Source: Vicugna vicugna (taxonomy: Eukaryota). From it: 64,000 nucleotides of DNA. This document shows, one piece after another, positions 50,545 to 61,663 of this stretch (positions within the stretch are counted from its first letter, which is position 1; the number at the start of each line of letters is the position of its first letter). A program made the position numbers and the translations under genes. The notes beneath the pieces are model-generated. The model was not told the origin of the DNA, ran no database searches, and saw nothing but the letters and a program-made list of their open reading frames with translations. The stretch is from positions 5,550,976-5,614,975 of the forward strand of contig MU058824.1 of the NCBI GenBank assembly GCA_013265495.1, read 5' to 3'.

Positions 50545-52939
50545 ACTCTCTAAATAAGGAGAAGACTATGATCACCTCAATTAAGGCAGAAAAAACATTT
50601 ATCAAAATTCAGTGCACATTATTAATATAAATTTTTTAGTAAGTTAGGAACAGAGGGGAACTACCTCAGCTTGATAAAAAATATTTATAAAAAAATCTAG
50701 AATTAATATGGCCAGAGACAATGTTTTCCTTCTAAGATAAAGAATAGGCAAAGATGTTCTCTTACCATTCTTATTCAACATAGTACTGGAAGTTCTAACT
50801 ATTGTAATGAAACAAGATGAAGTAAAAGGTATACAGATTGGAAAGAAAGAGATAAAATTGTCTCTTTTTGTAGATGACATGATAGTCTATATGTATAATT
50901 TCAAAGAATCTATAAAAGAACAACTAGAACTAATAACTAAGTTCAGCAAGGTCACAGTACACAAGATCAACACACACAAAATCAATCCCATTTCTACATA
51001 CTACAAGAAACATGTAGAAACTTAAGTGTACATCTAAATATTTCAATTTCTCTGAAGTGGTTGTAAATGGTATTGTCCTTTTTACTTAACATATAGGATC
51101 TGTGTGCTGAAAATTACAAAATGCTGATAAAAGAAATCAAGGAAGACCTAAATAAATGGAGAGACATGCAGCGCTCATGAACTGGAAGACTTGACATAGT
51201 AAAGATGTCAGTTCTCCCCAGATTGATCTGTCAGGCTTTCTATACACAGAGACAGGCTTGTTCTAAAATTTATATGGAAAGGCACAAGCCCCAGCATAGC
51301 TAAAACAACCTTGACGAAGAAGGAAAAAGTAGGAGGAGTCACTTCATCACATATTAAGGCTTAGTATATAGCTACAAAACCAAGACATCATGGTATCGAC
51401 AATCAATGGAACAGAAAAGAGCACCCAGAAATAGACCCACACAAATATGCCAAATTGCTTTTGGCAAAGAACCAAGAGTAATTCAGTAAAAGAGGGAGAG
51501 CCTTTTCAACAAATGGCACTGAACCAATTGGACATTTGTAGGCAAAAAAATTAAACCTTGACTAAAACCTCATACCTTTTACAAAAACTAACTCAAATGA
51601 ATCATAGACTCAATTGTAAAATGTAAGTCTATAAAAGTTTTAGAAAATAAAAACATAGGTTATAATCTTCAGGATCTAAGGATAGGCACAGATTTCTTAT
51701 ACGTGACACCAAAAGCATGAAAAGAGAGAAAAGGAAAAAATTGATAAATTAGAATTCATCAAAATTAAAATTTTTGCTCTGCCAAAGCTCATGTAAGGAG
51801 GCTGGAAAGGCAATCTACAGATTGGGAGAAAATTTTTGTAAACCACATATCTAATAAAAACTAATAGTCTAGTTCTTTTTATAGTCTAGAACTCCCAAAA
51901 CTTAGCAGAAAAAAACAAAGAACCCAGTGAGAAAATGGGTGGAAGATATATAGAGACATTTCACTGACAAGGATATACAAATGGTAAATAAGCATATGAA
52001 AAGATACTCAATAGCTATGAAGGAAATGCAGATTAAAAGTACAATGAGACATCACTACACACATTTCACAGTGGCTAAAATAAGAAAATAATGACAACCT
52101 AGAATGCTGGTGAAGATGTGGAGAAACCAGATCCGTTGTACATTGGTGGTGGGAACGTTTAATAACACAGCTAGTTTGTAATAGTGGCAAGAGTTCCTTA
52201 TGAAACCAAATATGCAAACATCATACGACCCAGCAATTGTGCTCTTGGGTATTTATCCCAAAGAAATAAACATGTACGCTCACACAAAATCTGTAAGTGA
52301 ACCTTCATAGCAGCTTTATTCATAATAGCCAAAAACTGGAAACAGCCCAGATGTTCTTCAGCTGGTTAAGTAGTTAAACTGTGTTACACACACATTGTGG
52401 AATACCCCTCAAAAATAAAAAGGAACAAGATATTAATATACATAACAACTTAGTGTGAATTATCTGGAAAATCATCCAAGTGGAAAAAAAGCAAATCCCC
52501 AAGTTACCAAACATATGATTTAATGTATATAGCATTTTAAAATGACAAAATTTTTGAAATAGAGAACAGATTAATGGTTGTCAAGTGGAGATGAAGGGAG
52601 TTGGAAGGGTAGTGGGAGGTTATAAAAAGGCAACACGAAGGATCCTTGTGGTAATAGAACTACTCAGTACCTTGGCTATGGTAAAGGATACACAAACCTG
52701 CAAAAATGATGAAGTTGTATAGAACTAAATACACACATGTACACATAAATGAGTCCAAGTAACATTAGGGAAATCTCAATAAGATCAGGAGATTGTCAAT
52801 ATCCTGATTGTGATATTATGCTGTAGTTTTGCCAATTTGGTGGGGGGGCTGAGTAAAGTATGCTTGGGATTTCTGTGTATTATTTCTTACAACTGCATAT
52901 GAATCCCAATTATCTCAATAAATATTTCAATTAAAAAAA
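50545..52939 (+). mobile_element. L1MC1/L1MC2-like element, 3' 2.4 kb (decayed ORF2, 3' UTR, A tail)
   Basis: ORF 50807-51025 (VKGIQIGKKEIKLSLFVDDMIVY) contains the RT FADD motif as FVDD. The 3' end is TATTATTTCTTACAACTGCATATGAATC...TTAAAAAAA. Confidence 0.93.
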
Positions 52940-52959
52940 CTTGAAAAATGTGATTGGTT

Positions 52960-54535
52960 TTCCTCAGAGAATCAAAATGGGATGTCACCTATAAAACAAG
53001 AATAAGTTGCTAAGAAATGAACAATAAGAGAAGACACAATACTCTTGGAAAAAATGATTGCCATTATTACACATTTAACAGAAAATTTGGAAGATTCCAG
53101 AATGTAGAGCAAAAAGAAAAAGAAAAAGAAAATACTAGGGGAATAGTAAAAGATACAGAGCTTGGTCCAGGAGTTCAAACCTCTTTCTAATAGGATATCC
53201 AGAGAGAGAGAAATCAGAGGGAATGTAGAGGAAAATATTAAAGAAATAAGAGAGAAAAAAGTCTTAAGCTGTGGAGAGCGAGGAATCTCTGCAGTAAAGA
53301 GTCCAGTAACCAACAAGGAGGATGAATTTAAAAAAAAACAAAAAACACCCAAAAATTGAACAACAACAAAAAAAACCCTACCCACGTTGAGTCACATTCC
53401 GAACAAAACCAAATCAGTCTGAACATGCAAGAACAATGGAAGTTTACTTCATATTTACCATATCTGAAAAAATTACCTGAGGATATACTCCAGCACCCAA
53501 AGGAGGGAACTTGTTAAAATCATGAATTCAATAAAATGAAATACTAAGATAGTAGCTGAAGTAGTTGGCATACAAAGAAGAAAGTCCAAATTAGAACAAG
53601 GGGTTAGTGGGATCCAGTGGGATCAACTATCTTCAAAAGATAGGGATGTATATCAAGTAAAGGAGGAAAGTTTGCAAAACATTTGGCATATGAAGGTATA
53701 AATTTTTCTTTCAACTATAAAAAAAAAGAAAGGTAACAAGAAATGCCAGGGAAAAAATACAACTCATGGCCCAAATACAAAAAAACCCAACTAACAATGG
53801 TTTTGATTTATTGTTAGAGAAAGGAGAAATTTGACCAGTGACTTCAAATATAGTAGGATCATTGTGATTCAAATGATGGAGGAAAATGTGATGTCATAGG
53901 AAGTATAGACAAAGACGTTTAACTCTAGCATGTTCTTGGACTTCACAATAGCAATATTTATATAGTTACCATCATGCTAGGATATTTACTGGTTATAAAC
54001 TTTTGCAATTAACCTGTAGTCAAACCAAGAACTGCAATTATTAAATGTTTAAAATAGATTGGGAGGTGGGAGGATGGAGTGAGAGGGAGTGGGAAGGATA
54101 AATGCACTTAAAATTCTTATTTTTACAGATTTGAGGATTCAATCTGTATTTTTTAAAATGTATAAAACATTAAATCAGGGGCTACATATTTCATTTGCAG
54201 TTTCAAAAGTAACTATTAGGAACACTAAAAATACTGCTGCAACCATTAAAAATTGAGAGAAGGGAAAGAAGGTGTGGGAGACATTAGAGGGTATCCTTTT
54301 CAATCATATCAGGAAGTTAAACTGATATAAAGTATGCATATCAAAACTTAGCCCTAAAAAAATTATTCAGATCCATGTCTAACTCTCAAAAAAACCTAGA
54401 GACAGAAGTAAACACGATTGCCCTTGGAGAGAGGAGTAGGAAGTTGTGAGATGACAGACTCTCACTGTATTTTATACGCCAGTCTATTCTGTTTGATTTT
54501 CCACTACAGGCATACATTACATTAATCAAGGGAAA
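52960..54535 (+). mobile_element. Highly decayed ancient L1 (ORF1-like and 3' relics)
   Basis: A-rich strand bias; TGAAAAAATTACCTGAGGATATACTCCAGCA is typical of the old L1 ORF1 end. Confidence 0.55.
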
Positions 54536-55699
54536 AAAAATATACAAGATTCACTAGCTGTAACCTCATGAGAAGGCCTGACCCAGTATTCTGCAAAGTG
54601 ATGTAAAGCAATACAAGGGGTGCACTCTCAGGAAACATCTGCCACTGTGGTGAAATGTTGAGACGGGAACAATAAAAGCCACAAATGAGAATCGCAACCC
54701 AAACACCACATGTAGGAACATCTGTGTTAAGTCTGACAAATCCTGCTGGTCACGGTTTGACCTCATCCATCACTGAAAAACACCTAACTCGATCAGGGAA
54801 AAACAGCCTTCCATTGGAGATACTGATTCCATCTTATCAACATAGGTCCACGCACATATTGACTACATGATGGAGATTAGATATCGCTGGGGTAATTTCA
54901 GTGTGATTGCTCTGACAGTCCCAAAGCGCTCGACATTCATAATGGCTAGTGATTCTATTTATGTTCTACATCAACTCTCATGAGAGACTAGCTTAAATGA
55001 TTTCTGCTCTGATGCATATACATGGTGAATTAGATTTCTAGAACATATTCATCTGTTTTTAGGCATCCTTTTAAATACATCTATTTACATTTGCAGATTC
55101 TACCTCTGTCATGGTTGCCTTCAGCTCTTTCACTTCCTGTGAGAAGCTGTGAGAGAAGGCAGCCTGTCTGGTCTTGGCAGCCTCCCTGATGGCTGTTCAC
55201 GGAGTGTGGTCCTCAGAGCTGACTGCAGGCCCCTGGGAGCAGAGTGGGTCCTGGTTCTGGGCCGGCTGGGCTCTGGGGTTTAAAGCAACCTCAAGAAGCA
55301 CAGTAGGTGGAGCTCAGGTGCCACGGTACACCCTGCCTGTGGAGGGAGGGGCTTGCTGCTGCTTTTAACCAAACAGCCGCCTCCGCTGACCCTTTCCATG
55401 CAGGGGGCTTGTCTCTGAGCTGGCAGGCACACAGATGTGAATCGTTACGAGAAGAGAGCAATTCCTAGGGGGAAGGCTTTTGGGCCATCCTGTCAGAAGA
55501 TCAGCGAAGGCTCCCTTGGAAGCTGCTCTTAGGAGGATTTGAGGGTCATTTGGGGGAAACTACACAAGTGAAAACGGGCTTCTGGCAGCATTTACCATAC
55601 CCTCCTCCCTCTCAGGAATAGACATTTATACTGCATTTTGATTAATCTGCCAAGTTATAGATCTGCAAGCTTTGTGTCTTTAGGAGTGCTTTTTGTTTT

Positions 55700-55905
55700 A
55701 AGTGCATGAGTCTGGATTCACATTGCCCTGGTGTAACCACTGACTCGACCACTTACGAGCTTGTACAGGTGAATTAACTTCTAGGTGCTAGTGGCCACAT
55801 CTGTTAAACGGGATAATGATGATAATACACTCCCTATGGACTGCTGCAAGTGCAGGAGGCAGCCTGAGTGCTGGATGCTGGTAAATACTCAAAAATTAAT
55901 AGCGA
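55700..55905 (+). mobile_element. MIR SINE
   Basis: CACTTACGAGCT...CCACATCTGTTAAACGGGATAATGATGATAATAC...GGTAAATACTCAAAAA. Confidence 0.75.
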
Positions 55906-56372
55906 TGATTATTTTTTTCCACAAAACTTACACCAGGCACAGAAGGTGTGACAAGAATATCTTGAGGTTGCAAGTTGAAAATGGAGACTTGGAAGTGGGA
56001 AAATGGTGAGAAAATAACTTTTCATATAAATCCTTGGGGTTTCTTTTCTGGACTTTGCTGTATATGACACTTCCAGTCATCAGCCGTCTACATTGCCTCA
56101 AGGAGAATTAGAGTGGCAGAAATATAAAGAGAAAGGAAAGCAAGTTAATGTTCCATCTTGGACTTCCAAAATAATGTGATGCCAGCCTCAGAAATCTACT
56201 TGGACAGCCAAACTTTCCATTTTCAAGAGCTGATTTTGTGAAGAGAGGGAGAAAAAAAAAAGCTCTTAAGACCCCCAAAGCATAATGCCCAAGAGGAGGC
56301 AAGGAATCGAGTTTGTGCTGTAACAATGGATTGCAGACAATGAACTCCCTCCCCAGCAAGACTGGACAAGAT

Positions 56373-56942
56373 TAGGGAGACCACATAACTTAATGTCCAA
56401 ATGGGTCACTGTTGAGAGTGAAAAAGAGCCTTATTATACCATTTGCAGCAGCACAGATGGAACTGGAGATTGTCATTCTAAGTGAAGTAAGCCAGAAAGA
56501 GAAAGAAAAATACCATACGATATCACTTATATGTGGAATCTTAAAAAAAAAAAAGACAAATGAACTTATTTACAAAACAGAAACAGACTCACAGACATAG
56601 AAAACAAACTTATGGTTATCAGAAGGGAAAGAGGGTGGGAAGAGATAAATTGGGAGTTCGAGATTTGCAGATACTGTTATATCCAAAATGGATAAACAAC
56701 AGGTTTATAGCACAGGGAACTATATTCAATATCTTGAAGTAACCTATAATGAAAAAGAATATGAAAACAAATGTGTATGTATATGTATGACTGAACTATT
56801 ATGTTGTACACCAGAAACTACCACAACATTGTAAACTGACTATACATCAGTAGAAAGCGGGGGGCATTATTATTCATTATGCTGGGACCAAATAAGCAAG
56901 TCAGGACATGACCCAGGCAAATCAGGGCATGTGGCCACTGTA
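56373..56942. mobile_element. MER94-like hAT-Blackjack MITE split by a young L1
   Basis: Terminal inverted repeats TAGGGAGACCACAT / ATGTGGCCACTGTA; flanks GACAAGAT and GCCAAGGT (6 of 8 match). Confidence 0.8.
56436..56852 (+). mobile_element. Young camelid-type LINE-1 3' end (about 415 bp)
   Basis: PFAAAQMELEIVILSEVSQKEKEKYH (ORF2 C-terminus) plus 3' UTR ATAGCACAGGGAACTATATTCAATATCTTG...GTAAACTGACTATAC; homologous to the reverse of 2841-3190. Confidence 0.95.
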
Positions 56943-59194
56943 GCCAAGGTGCTTTGGGCTGAGAAAGGGGAAGAAGAGCTGGATGGTGGGGGAAAGCAGC
57001 ATCAGCAGAAAGAGCTCAATACCATCTCTTGCCAGGACCAGAGAGCAGTAGGGTATCAGCTAGGACCGGGAGCCCATTCATCAACATGAGAGTACACCCC
57101 ACTCATCACCTGCCTCATAAACAACATGGCCCTCTGCGGGGAGCCCTCCGCCTGTACCTGCCAGTGTATTGCCTGTGTATATCGTCCAGCAGAAGTGATG
57201 TCCATGCCTCCTATAGACTTTGCTGAGCCACATTCAAACTTCCCTACATGGAACTCTCTTTTTCAATATCCCAGAAGCCTTTTTCAATATTCAGAAGCCT
57301 CCAGGAGTAGAGAAAGGTGGATGGGGGAGTCCCCAGCATCCATAGTTGGGTGGAAGTAGTGTTGGAACCCACCTCCTATTACAATAGATTCTAGCTGAGT
57401 TTCTTCAGCAGTGGCAAACAGCATCTGGGAGGATGATGGTGGGAGATGAAAAGATACAGCTTGGAGATGGGGGCGGGGGGGACTGAAATCTACCATAAAA
57501 ATCTTAATGTCAGTTTTCCCAGCCCCAAGAGAAATGCAGCTAATTCCCTAGAGATGAACATAAAGTTACATGTTGGTGGTTTTATTTTGGTATCAACATT
57601 GTAGGAGTCTTAATTTGACCTAAAAGGTATTTCTTACTAGACCAATAAGAATATTAATGTTCACAATCACCTACTCTTGTAACTACCAGGAACCTTTGGG
57701 AAAACATTTCTTAGGGTGAATTATGTATTTATATGTAAAATACCAGAAGACATCCTTATGGCCATAACTTTTGGGTGTTTTCAAACTGGATTATAGTAAG
57801 ACAATGTATTTTATTCAGCAGATTTGTTTTAATCTAATTATGTAGGTGAATAAAAATTACAGCATGCTGGTGCATCTAATGTAAGTTATCTATTATTCAC
57901 ACCACATTTACTTTTAATATTCATGCAGATTCCCTTTGACATAACCTACTGTGTCACAGTTAATCCAATAAAGATAAAATATAGCTCAGCAAAACACCAG
58001 TCGATTCCAGCTTTCTGGTAATTATTAAAGACTATTTCACACTGGTTCCTTCAATCAATGTATTTCCCCTTGGATATGATGGCTTCTCCTCTTTGAAGCT
58101 TTCAATCCTCCCGATGGATTCAGAGGAATACTCAGGCCCCTTTTCAGTCTCTGGTCTCAGAGGCAGTTCAAAGAGCACAACAAGGCTTCACAGGTTTATC
58201 CTCAAAGGCTGACACTGTCTGTTTGATGTATGGTGATTTAAAAAGTCATCTCTGGCAAAGCATGTGTTTGCTACCAGTCTATCGAATCAGCCATTTATCA
58301 ACTTATCTGTATTCACCCAGTGCACCTGCTAACAGCTCAAAAGAGAACACATATGGTCTCCTGATGAACTGACTATTGATTTGATTCCCTCCTCTAATTT
58401 TACATTGTTTTGCTGCCCTGTGGATGAAGCAGCCTCTTTACTGGATGAAATGAACATGGAACCCGTGAACTGATGGCCTTTGCTTGTGGTGCTCAGGGAC
58501 CACAACAGACTCTTCACAGGTTGAGGACAGCTGGCCTAGCAGAGTGGCTTTCCTGTCCCAGCCTGCCTTGCTTTTCACTTCCATCCACATTATAGGCATT
58601 TCATCGTATAGGCCTTGCTAGGAAACTGCAGGGAGATCACTGGGAACTCCCAACCTTGTCATCAGAAGCTGGAAATATCCAGCATCTACCAATGCATGCA
58701 GATAGAACCCTGGATTGAAGACAGGGATACCAACTTCCTCCCAGCTTAATGATCTCACCTTAACTATCTCCATGTTCCAAGGAAATTTTCCTCTATTCTT
58801 GGTAATCCTGAACACATGATTCGAGCTGAGACTTTCCCCCTTCTAATTCTGTCATTACCTGTTTTCAATTAAAATTAAATAAGGCTACATCACTGCATCA
58901 TGATAATTATTATCATTATGAATGCCTTCCTACTCAATTTATTCTCTGGTGTGGTGATTTGATTTGATTAACATTATAGGTAATGCTTCGACTATAGAAA
59001 ACACTATTTTAATGGACTCTTATAGAAGAGGACAATGATCAGATCAGTATTTTTCTGTGCAGTATTATATATTTTAAGGAGAGCAGTTCTAATTTTGAGA
59101 TGACAGTAATTCTATTATTGAAGAGTTAGTTGTAACATGAGGTAGGTCTAAGAGAGATTATTGTTTGTTTCTGATTCCCTTCCTATTTCTACAT

Positions 59195-59880
59195 CATTGT
59201 CTCTCTCTCTTTTAGCATGCCCTATGGATGGTGCAGTTCACCAAGACTCCATCCACAATACTTTTATTCTTGTTTTGTATACATTCCCTGGATGATCTGA
59301 TTCAATCGTAGCTCCAATTATCATCTAAATGTAGAAAACTCCCCTAAATCTATTTCCAGCTTTGATTTCTCTGTTGAGCACCAGCCTGTATTTCTCTCTG
59401 ATAAATGTTTCCATTTAGATAGGTTGCAGGCAACTTAATCTCAACATACTCAATATCCAACCCATTATCTTTATACATAATTTCTCCTGAATTCTTTGTC
59501 AGTAGCATCACTAGATACCTATGTCCCCTTATCAATGGAGTCAACACCCCAGGTATAATTAATCTCCAAGTAGCATCCTTTTAATCTTTCTCACATCTAC
59601 CACTTTCTCTATACCACCATTGTCACAGGCCTATCTCAGGGCCCTGTCATCTTGAGCTCTGACCACTTCAATAAACTTCAGTAAATACCCTTCTTCTTCT
59701 ATGATTGTTAGTATTTTTGTTTAAAACAAGATTTAACCGTGATACTCATCCATGTTGTTCCCATCTAACTTCTTTATTAAAAAGCAATAAAAAATTCTAA
59801 CTCCTTGCTTAAATTGTTTTACTGCCTCCTATTTGCCTTCAGGATAAATTAAAAAATTCCCTAGCAATGCATAGCAAATT
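59195..59880 (+). mobile_element. L2 LINE fragment
   Basis: CTCCAATTATCATCTAAATGTAGAAAACTCCCTAAATCTATTTCCAGC...GGCAACTTAATCTCAACATA. Confidence 0.75.
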
Positions 59881-60329
59881 GACCATAGTCAAGTAATCCA
59901 TACAGTGAATCCTAGGTTCTTTACAGTAAGCTTTGGTAGTTTCAGTGGTTAGAGGCAGATAGAGGCCATCCTTACAACCTCCCTACCAGGTAGCATGTGC
60001 CAATCAAAATCAGTCTCAGGCCAAATTTTGTCAGACGCACAGTCTTGAAGAACAAAATGCAAAGACTTTCACTATCAGATCGCTTATAATAAAGCTACAG
60101 TCATTAATAGTGTAAGGATAGAGAACTAGATCAATGGAACAAGTAGTCCAAACATAAATTCACATATACATGGCCACTGATTGATGAGAATTTGACACCA
60201 CAGAGCAGTAGAGAAAGACTAGTATTAACAATGAGTAGTGGATATCCACATGGAAGAATGATTCTTCAACACTTCCTCACATCCAGTGAGGAAGACTGTA
60301 CTTTTAAATGTGAAACAAAACAATGAAGC

Positions 60330-60718
60330 TTGTAGAAGAGAGAGTCCAAGTGTGAGAAGTATTTGATGTGTTGCTGCTGGCTCTGAGATTGAAGGGCCAT
60401 GTGCAGGGACTAATGAGAGACCTGGAGGAGCTAAAGGAAGCTTCCAGTTGATGGCCAACAAGGAAACAGGGACCTCAGTCCTACAACTCCAAGGAACTGT
60501 CTTCTGTCAACCACCAGAATGGGTAGGAAGCAATTTCTTTCCTAGAGACTCTGGGTAAGATCCTAGGCCAGCCAACCATGTGATGTCAGCCTTGTGGGAT
60601 CTGGAAGAAAGGAACTAGTGGACTTCTGGCCTACAGAACTGGGCGATAATAAATTTGTGTTGTTTTAAGTTGCTGAATTTGTGATCACTTATTATAGCAG
60701 CAATAGAAAATGAATATA
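60330..60718 (+). mobile_element. MaLR LTR (MLT1E-like)
   Basis: CAACAAGGAAACAGGGACCTCAGTCCTACAACTCCAAGGAACTG...GACTTCTGGCCTACAGAACTG...ATAGCAGCAATAGAAAATGAATATA. Confidence 0.9.
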
Positions 60719-60770
60719 CTCATTAAAAAGAAAATGGAGAAATAAATTGTGATAAATCCTGCAATAGAGC

Positions 60771-60991
60771 CAGGGTCTGTAAACTATGACCCACAGGTCA
60801 AATCTGACCTGTGCTTGCTTTTGTAAATAAAGCTTAATTGGAACAGAGCCAGCTCTATTTGTCCTTGTATCACCCAGGGTTGCTTTCGCACTCCAGTAGC
60901 AGAGTTGAGTCGTTTTGCTGGAGTCCTTCCAGCAGCCAAAGCTGAAAATACTTACTCTCTGGCTCTTCAAAGAAAAAGTTTGCTGACCCTG
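60771..60991. mobile_element. MER58A MITE
   Basis: CAGGGTCTGTAAACTATGACCCACAGGTCAAATCTG...GAAAAAGTTTGCTGACCCTG terminal inverted repeats. Confidence 0.9.
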
Positions 60992-61363
60992 GTAGAGAGG
61001 AATGAAAAAACAGCAAACTATATACAGTAATGTGGATGAATATCACAAACATAATGGAGGATGAAGTTAGAAACTATTTAGATTACTTACTGCGTGATTT
61101 TGGTTATATGAAGTTTACAGCAGACAAAACTAATCATTGCTTATAGGAGTCAGGATGGTTCGAGAAGGAAGAAGGGAAGAGTAGTGATTCAGATATGGGT
61201 ATGAGGAGGCATCTGGGATGCTGGCAATAGTCTCTTTCTTGGTCTGGTTGGTGGTTAAATGGCTTTGTGAAAAATCCACGAAGCATAAGTTACTCACTTA
61301 TGTATGCTATCTACTTTCACAAAAAGAAATTTAAAATAGTATGACTTTATCCAGACATTAAAA

Positions 61364-61386
61364 TGTGTGTGTGTGTGTGTGTGTGT
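61364..61386 (+). repeat. (TG)11 microsatellite
   Basis: Read directly. Confidence 0.95.
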
Positions 61387-61519
61387 ACGTACCTTTTGAG
61401 GTTCTTAGTAACGAAATAAAATTCAAGATATCTTGAAATAAAATTCAAGATATCTTGTGTCTAGAATGTCCTCTAGAGTCCGTGTGAGAATTTCACTTGT
61501 CTCTGACATCTTGCCGCTT

Positions 61520-61663
61520 GTCTTGGACCAGCAGCACTGACATCGCCTGGGAGCTGGTTAGAAGGGCAGAACCTCAGCCCTGCCCTCAACCTGCTGAGCC
61601 AGAACCTGTAACTCAGTAAGATCCCAGGAAATTCCTTTCCACATTAAAGCTTGAGAAGTACTG
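61520..61663. mobile_element. MER5-family MITE
   Basis: GGACCAGCAGCACTGACATCGCCTGGGAGCTGGTTAGAA...ACATTAAAGCTTGAGAAGTACTG. Confidence 0.85.

Larger units (their letters stand above)
60030..61335 (+). mobile_element. Old L1 (L1ME/MD-like) 3' part interrupted by MLT1E and MER58A
   Basis: TATAATAAAGCTACAGTCATTAA...ACTAGATCAATGGAAC; 3' UTR GAGGAGGCATCTGGGATGCTGGCAATAG. Confidence 0.75.
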
